NCBI RefSeq assembly: GCF_006345805.1
Contig: NC_043013.1
Span: 11,718,001 to 11,782,000 of the forward strand
Reading direction: 5' to 3'
DNA from: Octopus sinensis
Lineage: Eukaryota
DNA: 64,000 nucleotides
Shown here: positions 28,608-39,754 of the stretch, piece by piece
Position numbering within the stretch: position 1 is the first letter of the stretch
Layout: each line of letters opens with the position of its first letter
Program-made: the position numbers and the translations under genes
Notes under the pieces: generated by a model
Told to the model about the DNA's origin: nothing
Databases searched by the model: none
What the model saw: only the letters and a program-made list of their open reading frames with translations

Positions 28608-30339
28608 GGTTACATTCTCTAGACAAATTGTATAAATTCACGTAATTAGGCTCAATAAACGTAGACCCATAAACAGTTTTACAAACAGGTAACAAAACGC
28701 TCGAGTTAAGACATGGGGATATTAAAGCAGGAAGAACCTCAGAACAGCTTGACTGGTTTCTGCCGTTATGGCGGTCTTAGTAAAATCGTTCACTCTCATT
28801 CGTTCTGTAAGATAGCGGAAGCTACTTCGAGCTACATCTGAAAACAAAACAAAAATGCAACTGCATGATATACGCCGCGAGGCTGAGTGATTATTTAATA
28901 AACGCACGCATGTGAACTCATCACGAATTTATTGATTTATTTTCATAATCTTTACTGAAAACAGACATACGATCGTTTATTACTGTTGCGGTTATTGTTG
29001 ATACGAGAATTGAGGTTGTTGGTTTGATACCGTTGATGTTTTCGTAGATTTTAGAGTTAGCTTCAGCTGTTGAAGAAACAGTAGTAGCTGTTTTTGTTGT
29101 TGTCTAAAGTTGTTGGTGTTGCTAAAGATGTTACTGTTGTTGGTGGTGCTGTTGTTGTTGTTGTTGTTACTCTAGTTTTATTTTTTTTCTCAATTTAGAC
29201 GTTCCAGTTTAGTTTTTCACTGTGTTGGTTACCGGAGTTGCTGTTTCCACTACTACGACTACGATTAGCGACGTCTTTGATCTTATAGTAGTAGTAGTAG
29301 TAGTAGTAGTAGTAGGAGGAGGAGGAGGAGGAGGAGGAGGAGTAGCAGTAGTAATAATAGTAGTGAGAGGAACAAGAAAAGAAGGAAGAACGTGAAGAAA
29401 AAGGGGAAAATAGAGAAAAAGTAGCAGATGATGATGATGATGACGATGATAATGATGATGATGAAGCAAGAAGAAGAAGAAGAAGACGAGAAGAAGAAGA
29501 AGAAAGAGATGACAATGAAGGAAGCTGAGGAGGAGGAGGAGGAGGAGACGAGAAGGAGGAGAAGAAGACGAGAAGGAGGAGAAGAAGACGAGAAGGATGG
29601 GTAGTAGTAGTAGTAGTAGTAGTAGTAACTGTTGTTGCTGTTGTTTATTTGTTTCCGACATTTGAATCTGGTTCTCAGAAACCAGTGGTTATTGAAGTCA
29701 GTTCCTACCACTCACACAACTTAAACTACACCTAACGTTGCTGTTCAAGTTCTCCATGTTCCTCTTCTTGAAAACATTAGTAGTATTAGTAATATTAGTA
29801 GCAGTTGCCGTTGTTTATCAATTTAGACGTTTCAGTATAATATTTCTTTATTTTATTTTATTTTGTTTTTCTCTCTGTTTTCTTTTTATTATATATTCCC
29901 TGAGACTTGCTTGTCAGAAATGCTGTCGAAAATGATTTTATTATTGTTGTTGTTTTTATTGTTTTTGTTGTTGTTTTTTTTTATGAATTTAGACGTTTGA
30001 AGATGTTTTTCATCGACTTGTTGTTAGTGTTGCTGTTTCAACTACTGCCAACACCGTTTGTTGTTGTAGTTGTTGTTGTAGTAGTTGTTGTCGCTACTGC
30101 TGTTGCTGAGGCGAATGTTTATCAGGTGAGACACTCGAAAATGTCTTTAGACATGTTCTAGCATTCACACTACTTTTTGATAGAGCCATCACCATTTCCA
30201 CTACTAATTTTACTAATACTACCACCACAACCACCACCAACACTGCTACTACTACTACCACTACTACTACTACTACTGACAATAATAATAATAGCACCAC
30301 AGTTATTATTAATTATTACTACTACCACTAATAATCTTT

Positions 30340-30744
30340 TCTACTATAAGCATAAGGCTTGAAATTTTCGGGAGGGTTACAGTCGATTACCTCAAGCCCC
30401 AGTACTCAACTGGTACTTATTTTATCGACCCTTAAAGGATGAAAGGCACATTCGACTCCGGTGGAATTTGAACTCAGAATATAGCGACGGCGAAAACACC
30501 TATTTCTTTACTACCTATTTCTTTACTACCTACAAGGGGCTAAACACAGAGAGGACAAAGACTGACAAACAGATGAAGTCGATTATATCGACGCCAGTGC
30601 GTAACTGGTACTTATTTAATCGACCCCGAAAGGATGAAAGGCAAAGTCGACCTCGGTGGAATTTGAACTCAGAACGTAGCGGCAGACAAAATACGGCTAC
30701 GCATTTCGCCCGGCGTGCTAACGATTCTGCCAGCTCGCCGCCTT
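30340..30744 (-). mobile_element. Composite SINE A: young Tx1-tailed unit upstream of an older standard-tailed unit
   Basis: Duplicated terminus GGTAGTAAAGAAATA-GGTAGTAAAGAAATA then GGTGTTTTCG; the downstream unit is more diverged. Confidence 0.85.
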
Positions 30745-31061
30745 AACCACTACCATTAATAATTCTAATACTACAACCATCACGACCAAAGAAACCACCA
30801 CCACTACTACTGCTGATACTTTTTCTAGCAAGGAAATCGGGACTGATTTAAATGTAGATCAAAAATCAGATATCCTCAATCTGTGTCCCTTTCGACAGAA
30901 AAAACACCACATGGATTAAAATACTCTCAATTATTCTTAAGGTAGTACGAGAAAAGAACTAGATTTCCTTGCTGACTTGTAACAATTTGAATAACAGAGC
31001 ATAAAAGCTCTCTCGACGGATAATCATTTTGTTGTTGTAATAATGGCGGTGACAACAGCGA

Positions 31062-31102
<41 letters not shown>

Positions 31103-31141
31103 AAAGTAATAGTAATAGTAGTAGTAGTAGTAGCAGTAGTG

Positions 31142-31172
<31 letters not shown>

Positions 31173-31610
31173 TAGTAGTAGCAGCAGAAGCAGCAGCAGC
31201 AGTAGTAGTAGTAGTAGTAGTAGTAGTAGTTGCTGATGCTGTTTTTGTTGTTACTCTGCAGTTGTTGCTGTTGTTGGAATTTATTAATCTATACCCGCGA
31301 TTCTTGATCAAAACGTGAAGATCCCTGAGAAAATATAGAGGAATTGGCGAGTGAAAATACTTGGTGGAACTGGAAAGCTCTTTACCATTGCACTTGAGGA
31401 AAGGCGGACTGTCAGTTAAAACGCAATCACTTCTGGGATTTTTTATCGATTAAGATCATTAGTAGTCAAAGTGTTTTTACCACAAACTGTGACGTCATCC
31501 ATGAAAACTGCTTCTCTTACTCCTTCTTTCAAGGAATCATTCCCAGCTCATTGTTTACATTTCGGCTTCTAATGGTTTATTTTATCCAGTTTGGTATTTA
31601 TCAGAGGGTG

Positions 31611-32438
31611 AAGGCGGCGAGCTGGCAGAATCGTTAGCACGCCGGGCGAAATGCGTAGCCGTATTTCGTCTGCCGTTACGTCCTGAGTTCAAATTCCGCC
31701 GAGGTCGACTTTGCCTTTCATCCTTTCGTGGTTGATAAATTAAGTACCATCTACCCACTGGAGGTCGATATAATCGACTTAATACCTATGTCTGTCCTTG
31801 TTTGTCCTCTCTGTGTTTAGCCCCTTCGGGGTAGTAAAGAAATAGGTATTTCGTCTGCCGCTGCGTTCTGAGTTCAAATTCCGCCGAGGTCGACTTTGCC
31901 TTTCATCCTTTCGGGGTTGATAAATTAAAGTACCATCTACGCACTGGGGGTCGATGTAATCGACTTAATACCTATGTCTGTCCTTGTTTGTCCTCTCTGT
32001 GTTTAGCCCCTTGTGGGCTGAGTTCAAATTCCGCCTGTGTTTAGCCCCTTGTGGGTAGTAAAGAAATAGGTATTTCGTCTGCCGCTGCGTTCTGAGTTCA
32101 AATTCCGCCGAGGTCGACTTTGCCTTTCATCCTTTCGGGGTTGATAAATTAAGTACCATCTACGCACTGGGGGTCGATGTAATCGACTTAATACCTATGT
32201 CTGTCTTTGTTTGTCCTCTCTATGTTTAGCCCCTTGTGGGTAGTAAAGAAATAGGTATTTCGTCTGCGGCTACGTTCTGAGTTCAAATTCCGCGGAGGTC
32301 GACTTTGCCTTTTATCCTTTCGGGGTTGATAAATTAAGTACCATCTACGCACTGGGGGCCGATGTAATCGACTTAATACCTATGTCTGTCCTTGTTTGTC
32401 CTCTCTGTGTTTAGCCCCTTGTGGGTAGTAAAGAAATA
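31611..32438 (+). mobile_element. SINE type A with Tx1-like tail, tetramer (185-bp period)
   Basis: Junctions GAAATA|GGTATTTCG at 31844/5, 32068/9 and 32253/4; 15-bp TSD GGTATTTAT(C/G)AGAGG at 31593-31607 and 32439-32453; small internal rearrangement at ~32018-32035. Confidence 0.92.
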
Positions 32439-33860
32439 GGTATTTATGAGAGGCTTATCTGGTGTTCGAACACGGTTTTCTACATTTAGTCTCCCATTTA
32501 GTGACGAATTTAATGAAGCTAATGCAAAAATTAATATTTAATGCTCATGTTATTGCATGAATTGTCTTATTATAGAAGACTAAATTAATTTTCACTTTTA
32601 AGTGTGGTTGTGCTGGATTCCGCATTCGTAAAAATGTTGCACGAAAACAATAGGAAAGAGTTTAAAAATATTGGATTAAACACTAGACGTGCGCATGTGT
32701 GAGATACAAATATGCGTGAAGTGTTTTGCTCAAGAACACAACGCGTCGCCCGGTCCAGGAATCGAAACCGCAATCTTACGATCATGATGCTGACACACTA
32801 ACCGCTAAGCGAAGCGCCTCCACACAGGTCTCTCCTGTGTGTACAATTTTGTAAACCCTATTTGTAAATGAAACACATGTAATAGTGAATGAATAATAAA
32901 AAAAAATTTCCCAATCTTTTGTTTTGAAATGTAATTACATCGCAAAAAAAATGTACAAGAAAATTTATCGCCAAGGTGCGGTGCAGTGCAATTGAACCTC
33001 AAACCTCGTAGTTGCAAAGCAAATTTCCAAAACATACAAAAATGTAGAATAATGATGAAAAGTACTTCAGTTGTGCCGAGTATGTTTTTCTATACGCAGG
33101 GAGCGGTTAACTACATCACCGAATGTATTATTTTCCAAAAGGAACCAGAATGATGTAAGGAGATTGGACTACTATTTCTAGCAGATACAAAAATCACTTA
33201 GAGTCTCTCCCATTTCTTGGGGATGATCGTAGTGGTAATGGCACTAGTAATGTTGTTGACTTATCTGCTGTTATGTATCAATTATAGTCTAAGTAAATTT
33301 TAAGTAACTTACGGTATATGGTTAAGAAATCTCTCTCGAGAACACTTCTCCAAACACTGGATTATAATATATTACCGGGGGAGATATCAGCCTATGTTAT
33401 TACTTAGTAGCAGTGGGAAACAAACAAATCTACCTCGCCCAAAAATAAAATCAGTCTCATATGACGAGAAAACGCTTATAAATTTGTGCGTGTCTGCCTG
33501 TCTGTGTGTGTGCGTGAGTGTGCATGTGTCTCTGTGTGTGTTTTTGTGCCACACAGTCATAGATGTTAAATACAGTTCCTTTTAAAATATGATTAAGTAT
33601 ATCAACATAACATTTGCTATTAGGGAACTCAATGATAAGCAGAGGAAAATTTGATGCAAATTTCATCATAGCAGTGACTTCGTATTTTACCTAATGGTTT
33701 ACCAAAGCAATATATATGCAATCATACGCATACGCACACGCAAATTCATTCGGAAACACACATATATGCATACATAAATGAATTGACAATAGATATTAAT
33801 TCTGATGCATTTGTATACACACACAGACATATGCATGTACATATATATATGTATATAAGT

Positions 33861-33899
<39 letters not shown>

Positions 33900-34027
33900 T
33901 ATTTTATTCTTTTATTCTTTTATTCCTTTCAGTCATTTTGACTGCGGGCATGCTGGAGCACCGCCTTTAGTCGAGCAAATCGACCCCATGACCTATTGCT
34001 TGTAAGCCTAGTACTTATTCTATCGGG

Positions 34028-34099
<72 letters not shown>

Positions 34100-34508
34100 A
34101 CACACACACACCACACACACACACACATATATATATATACAACGGGTTTATTTCAGTTTCCGTCTACCAAATCCATTCACAAGGCTTTGGCCGGCCCGAG
34201 GCTATCGTAGAAGACATTTCCCCAAGGTGTCACGTAGTGGGACTGAACCTGGAACCATGTGGTTGGTTAGCAAGCTACTTTATTTCATATAATTTGCCAT
34301 TTAGGCATTTACAAAGAGGGGACAAACAAGGACAGACAAATATAAAGAGTGAAGTAGCTTAACACAGTTACAATTTTCGAATGAAATTACGGATAAGATT
34401 ATAAGCAATGAATTTTACGAAGGCAATGTTTAAAAATATTAATGATCATGTCGAAGGACGGACATCCAGCCATCCGGGTAGAACCTTTACTTTCTGATCC
34501 GGTCACAC

Positions 34509-37500
34509 TTACCTGGTGCCAAACATACCCATCTTGTATGCCACAGGCTTCCATCTTTTCACAAACATATCTCGTGACAGACACCTCTTCTCCAGCCTGA
34601 TTTTGCTACTGAGGTGGTAACTAAAAAAGTTAATCAACCCCTGGCCGGAGACAAAGGTGCCTGTCACTATACCTTTCGTACGCGTCTTCCATACTGTTTC
34701 TTTCAGTATGGCTACTACACAGAAAAAACAAGCCTTTCTTTCCCTGTTAAGGAAAGGGGGCGGCACAATCTCGATGATAGACTCAGCTGATAGCTGTACT
34801 CTTCCCATCACTGACAACAGTTGTTCAACAAAAGCTATCAGTCCCGATAACTCCGGACACTCCACGAATGCGTGCAAGACGGTCTCCCTATCCTGCTCAC
34901 ATCGCGGGCATGTCGGCGAGACGGCACTACCGTGCCTTGACAGCTTGTCGCGAACAGGTAAAGCCGCACGGAACACTGCCAGGCAGGGATTTCTGGTAAT
35001 TATCCAGATACCCCGGCCCGAACGTCCTCCGGAACAGGTTGACCAACTGATTTTCATCGTATCCCAGGGTCTCCCCCAAGGCGTCTTCGGACTTAATCTC
35101 CACTAACCCGCTATAGAAATCCGTGGTGGAACTCCTGTTGCCGGCGTTGCCCACCCGAGATAGTAGCTGGAGCGCCTGACGGCACTCCAAATGCCATTCA
35201 CTCAGTTTAGGTCTCCGCTTGATCCATGCACCGTTAGGGATGTTAACTGGGGAAGGTAGAACCGGACGTGCGGTGACCACACCTGCTCTCCATCCAGGTA
35301 AAGCCAGAGGTGCCTCAACCTTAACGCGAGTTTTCGCATCCTCAGCCAAGGCATCCCTAGCCCACCCTTTAGCGGTTTCTGGCAGCAGACAGAGCGCTTT
35401 ACAAGTGGCTTTCCTCCTTTCCACAAAAATCGGAAAAGGATTCTCTCCAACTTGTTCAGCCACAAATCGGGGCAAGGCACCACGGTCAGACGGTAGGTGA
35501 TTACTGATGCTATAAACATCTGCACCACCTCCGCCTTCCCTAGCAGGGATAACGCCCGCCCAGACCAGGTCTGGGTTAGAGCGGTCACCTTGTTGGCCAC
35601 CTCACTCCAATTTTTCTCAATCTGGAGGTCTGGCCCGAACCAGACTCCGAGCAGCTTAACAGGACCTTCCGTCCAACGCCCTACGACGTTATTGGACGGC
35701 ATCGGCTTGCCCCTCCAGGTGCCGAGTTGCAAACCGACCGACTTGTCCTTGTTAACCTTTGCTCCTGCCACCGCCTCGTAGCATTTGATGGCCTCTTCCA
35801 CCACTGGAAGCTGGCCTTCGTCTGCCACGATGATGGAGGTGTCATCCGCATACGCCGTAGCTCCTCTTCCACACCATAGATCATGCGGCGCGCCCCCTAG
35901 TGCCTCCAACTTCCGCAGCAAAGGCTCAAGAGCCAATACGTATAGGAGCGAGGACAGGGGACACCCTTGACGAACTGAACGCTCGATCCTGAACGGCTTC
36001 GAAAAGGAACCGTTCACCTTGACTACAGACTCGATGTCGCTATACAAAGCAGCGATCCAACCTCGAAAGGTCGGGCCTAGGCCAGCCTCTCCGAGGACCG
36101 CCGCCAGGTACCGATGGTCGACCCTATCAAATGCTTTGGACTGGTCTAAATGTACCAGTGCTCCCCCTACGCCAGAAAGCTTCCCCACCCTCTCTAAGGA
36201 GTAGCGTATAAGGTGGAGATTGTCGTGGATCGTTCTGCCGGGGATAGCGCACGTTTGCGCTTCCCCGACAAGTTTGTCCACGACCCGCGCCAACCTTTTT
36301 GCTAGCACCTTGGCCAGAATCTTTAACTCTGTGTTTAACAGAGTTATGGGCCTGAAGTTCCCTATCTCGTCCCCCTTGTTCGGGTCCTTCCTGATCAATG
36401 TCACCGCCCCCCGGCTCGCAGACTTGGGAATTCTCCCATTCTGCTGCCAGTTGGCGTAGACGCTAGCCAGCAGGTGCCCGAACAAGTCTGGCATACTTCT
36501 ATAAAATTCATAGGGCAGACCATCGAGACCCGGCGACTTCTCCCCGGGGCACTTGCCCAACACCTCGATTACTTCCTCGGCTGTGATTGGCCCTACACAG
36601 CACTCAGCCTCTCGTGTCGAGAGGCGCGGGCCACCAGACAGGAAGTCCCTAAGGGCCTCACCATGATCCAGCGTCCCGCACCTCCCGAACAACTCGGCGA
36701 AGTGCTTGTGAAGTGCCTCACACATCTCGTCCCGCTTCTTGATCGTGCATCCGTTTTCATCAACAAGAGACCCAATTGTGGCATCGTTTCCACGCTGTGT
36801 TTCTATCGTACGGGCCCATCCGGCAACATTAATTCCCTCACGGCCCAATGCTCGTACTTTAGCCCGGACTCTACATCCCTCATGTTTGGTTTTGAGGTGA
36901 CGGTCTAATGCCGTTCTCGCCGCTAAAATGTGAGATGCAGAGCCCAACCTCAACGCCTCCTCTAAGTTCTTAACTAGTTGCCCTTCTATTCTAGCCCTAT
37001 CTAGTCTTAGTTGTTTACTAAATCTAATGGACTCGAATCGAATGGCTCTTTTGAGGGTGAACCACCACCGGTTATTAACCACGGCTCCGGTTAACGCCCT
37101 CTGCACTAACACCTTAATCCGGCTACGGTATGCCTCGCGTGTCAAAATAGACTTGTTCAGCTTCCAGTAGCCGGTTCCTATCTTAAGTGTGCTATCTATG
37201 TCCAGTCTACACGTGACCATTCTATGGTCAGTATAGGGCACCTGGACGAGCTGTGGACAACTAAAACTAGACTTATCTCTAGTTCTTATCACTATCCTGT
37301 CTAGATAAGACTTGAACCTTCCGTCGCCACTCATCCAGGTCCACTCTGGGACGTTCGGATGGTCAAGTCTGTAACGATCTGCCAGCTGAAACCGCTTAAG
37401 CAGATCCACGAGACGTGAGTTCACTTTCCTATAGATCGAGCCAACGCTATCGATGTGTACGTCAACGATAGCATTAAAGTCCCCTAATATCACTAAAGTC

Positions 37501-37901
37501 TTCGACGTCACGAGAAAGCCCTCTAGGCGCCGATAAAAATCAGTTTGGAAACCTCTAGCACAAGGTGCATAGAGTCCGATCAACCTGAAGGCCTTACTGC
37601 TGTATGTCACATCAAGGACGACCAGTCCACCTTCTGGGTCTACATAGACTGTACTTGTCTGTAGAGCCAAGTCTTTACGGATCAGTACCACTACGCCCCC
37701 TCGCCCTCCGGTCTGGCCAGGAGACATGATTTTCTCGTAGCCATTCAGGAGAGGCGAGAAGGTTTGTAGGCTGTCCAGCTTGGTCTCTGTAGCAACCATC
37801 ACATGTATATCATGTGATCTGAGGTCGTCGAGGAAACAAGCCTGCTTCCACTTCGAACTCAGACCACGCACATTTAAACAACCAAGGTTAAGCGAAGCCA
37901 T
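34509..37901 (-). CDS. Tx1 ORF2p, APE endonuclease / reverse transcriptase, frameshifted near the C-terminus
   Basis: APE motifs LNVRGL, ATETK, LGDFNA, SYLDRI, TDH; RT motifs KSPGLDGLP, NFRPITLLN, LDQSKAFDRVDH, VRQGCPLS, YADD, KLLGVWF. Frame changes at ~35233 and ~34985; C-terminal CPRC...H...C (34509-35057 frame). Confidence 0.92.
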
Positions 37902-37952
37902 TACAAAAGTAAAAGTTCTACTTACATTTCGTTGGAGAGGTGGGGGCCGATC

Positions 37953-39317
37953 TCACCACACGTTTGGGGCCCCTTTCTCCTCTTTCTTCAGATAGTCCGG
38001 CAAGTTCGCGATATGCCGGATGGCGTTTGGGTGTCTGTCTTTTAATTGTTTGAACGTTGTTTCCGCAATCCACGCGTGTCTATTTCGATCTTTGTATTTG
38101 TTGTACAGTCTTGCTGACTGATGCTGAACCACAATATCGTTTATGTATTTGTCTTGTGTGTCGAATTCAATTAATATGAGTTCATTTTCTTTTTTGTCTT
38201 CTTTTTCTGGGCCAGTTGAGCGGGATTTTTTTTTCCGTGTCTGTGGTGTGTTTTTGTTTTTATTATTTTTTGTAGGGGATGTGGACGGGGATGCTGCACG
38301 AATTCTTTTACGAATTGGTGTAAATCCCCCCTCTGATACCTCCATGGTATCGTCTGGGGTAGCAATAGTTTGTTCGGTAGGCGCCGCAGTTTTTAGGGGG
38401 GTGGGAGGTTTTAATAGTGTAGGGGTTTGTGAGTGCGAGGGCTGGGGTTTTTCTTCAGTCTGTTTTGGGGTTGGCACCGTAACAGCAGGAGTGGGATTTT
38501 TTGTTTTTGTAGGGGTATGTGTGTTTGCAAGGGTAGGGACTTTTTTATTATCTGAGGGGCCTGGTGTCTGCGGTTTCTTTTGCTTGTCTGGACAGTCTAC
38601 ACGAATGTGGCCCTTTTTGCCGCAGGCGTAACAGGTGGGTTTTCGGCCTTCGACCTGTACCCTGAGGGCTACGTTCTCGCCCACGAGCACCCTCTCAGGA
38701 AGGAGCTGCAGGTCCTCCGCTGTTCCTTGAATTAATATATTAATGTTACGCCCGAGCCAAAATAGAGGGGCAGAGCATGTTACTTGTAGTATTTTTATTT
38801 TGTCCGCCCTTTTATATAACAGGGCGGCCACTACCTCTACCGGATCTACTTCCGGCGGGGCTTCTACAATCCTGACCCGGGACGTCCTGCGTCTCCTATA
38901 GCTTGGGAAAAGTACCACCTCCTTGATTTTTAGGGGGTTCACAGAATGCCCGCGGGCCATTTCTTCCCCCGAGAAGCGGACATCCACAGTGCCATATTCC
39001 CGTCCCCTGGCGACGTACACGATGTCCTTCCAAATCGGGGAGAGGCATTTCTCGATGGTGCTTTTTTCAAAGTGTTTGAACCTTCTGCTTTGTGGACAGA
39101 AAGTTTTAAACACTACGGTCCGCTTCTCGGTCTCCACCATACTGGCGGAGGGTGATATTTTAACATCACCACCCTCCTCTTGCATTCTTTTAAATAGCTC
39201 GACGAGCTGGTTGACATCGATGTCAATGTTCTCGGTAGCCAATGCGGCTACCGCAGAAAATTTTTTAACATTGCTCTCCTCAAGAGCACTACTTTCGTGA
39301 ATAATTTCAACAGACAT
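37953..39317 (-). CDS. Tx1 ORF1p, gag-like nucleic-acid chaperone with zinc knuckle
   Basis: Open frame of ~454 aa from ATG 39317 (MSVEIIHES); CX2CX4HX4C knuckle CYACGKKGHIRVDC followed by a Pro/Thr/Lys-rich low-complexity region. Confidence 0.9.
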   Translation of the reverse strand: MSVEIIHESSALEESNVKKFSAVAALATENIDIDVNQLVELFKRMQEEGGDVKISPSASMVETEKRTVVFKTFCPQSRRFKHFEKSTIEKCLSPIWKDIVYVARGREYGTVDVRFSGEEMARGHSVNPLKIKEVVLFPSYRRRRTSRVRIVEAPPEVDPVEVVAALLYKRADKIKILQVTCSAPLFWLGRNINILIQGTAEDLQLLPERVLVGENVALRVQVEGRKPTCYACGKKGHIRVDCPDKQKKPQTPGPSDNKKVPTLANTHTPTKTKNPTPAVTVPTPKQTEEKPQPSHSQTPTLLKPPTPLKTAAPTEQTIATPDDTMEVSEGGFTPIRKRIRAASPSTSPTKNNKNKNTPQTRKKKSRSTGPEKEDKKENELILIEFDTQDKYINDIVVQHQSARLYNKYKDRNRHAWIAETTFKQLKDRHPNAIRHIANLPDYLKKEEKGAPNVW

Positions 39318-39754
39318 TATTCTGTTGAAATTAGACAACACAAAAATTACGAGTATTGGTTTCCCACAAAACTGGGAAACCTATAGAAAGTTTTTCTTCC
39401 AAAGTAGTTCAAAAAAGCAGTTCAAAAATTCCAATTCCCACCCCCATTCGGGGGAGGGGCACGAAAATAGTCTGGCAGGACTATATATAGTCACGTAAAT
39501 AAAAAGCCACAGTGGCTAACAGTTCAACGGTAAGAAATTATTCAATTATTTCCCGGTAAATCCGGAGAACAAGACAGTTCAGCAACGTTTAAAGGCAAAT
39601 TTTCAGTAGTAGGAATTCAACAATTAACAACACAGCAAAACTCTTACCGGGAAGAAAACGCGTCCAAACCGTAGTACGGTAAGCAAAGTCACTCTTCTGT
39701 CAGTGAGGTTAGCAAGCTACTTACCACACAGCCACTCCTGCGCCTAAAATATTG

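Larger units (their letters stand above)
34281..39706 (-). mobile_element. Near full-length Tx1-clade (L1 group) non-LTR retrotransposon, 5426 bp
   Basis: Two tandem ORFs (gag-like CCHC ORF1; APE endonuclease + RT + C-terminal Cys/His ORF2), ~390-bp 5' UTR, ~230-bp 3' UTR ending in GAAATA. Perfect 16-bp direct repeats GGTTAGCAAGCTACTT at 34265-34280 and 39707-39722. Markedly higher GC than the flanks. Confidence 0.95.
33902..39745 (-). mobile_element. SINE type B (tRNA head, CORE-like body, internal CA/TA repeat) split by the Tx1 insertion: head 39723-39745, remainder 33902-34280
   Basis: Removing the Tx1 and one TSD restores AGGCGCAGGAGTGGCTGTGTGGTAAGTAGCTTGCTAACCAACCACATGGTTCCAGGTTCAGTCCC..., colinear with the intact copy at 53871-54279; (GAATAAAA)n tail. 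Confidence 0.92.

Noticed and set aside
31611-32438. Regularly spaced repeats reminiscent of a CRISPR array or a hammerhead retrozyme
   Set aside because: No unique spacers and no cas genes in a eukaryotic context; no CTGANGA/GAAA hammerhead core in the 185-bp unit.
34657-39300. Plus-strand ORFs overlapping the Tx1 element
   Set aside because: Antisense shadows of GC-rich coding sequence; no motifs.
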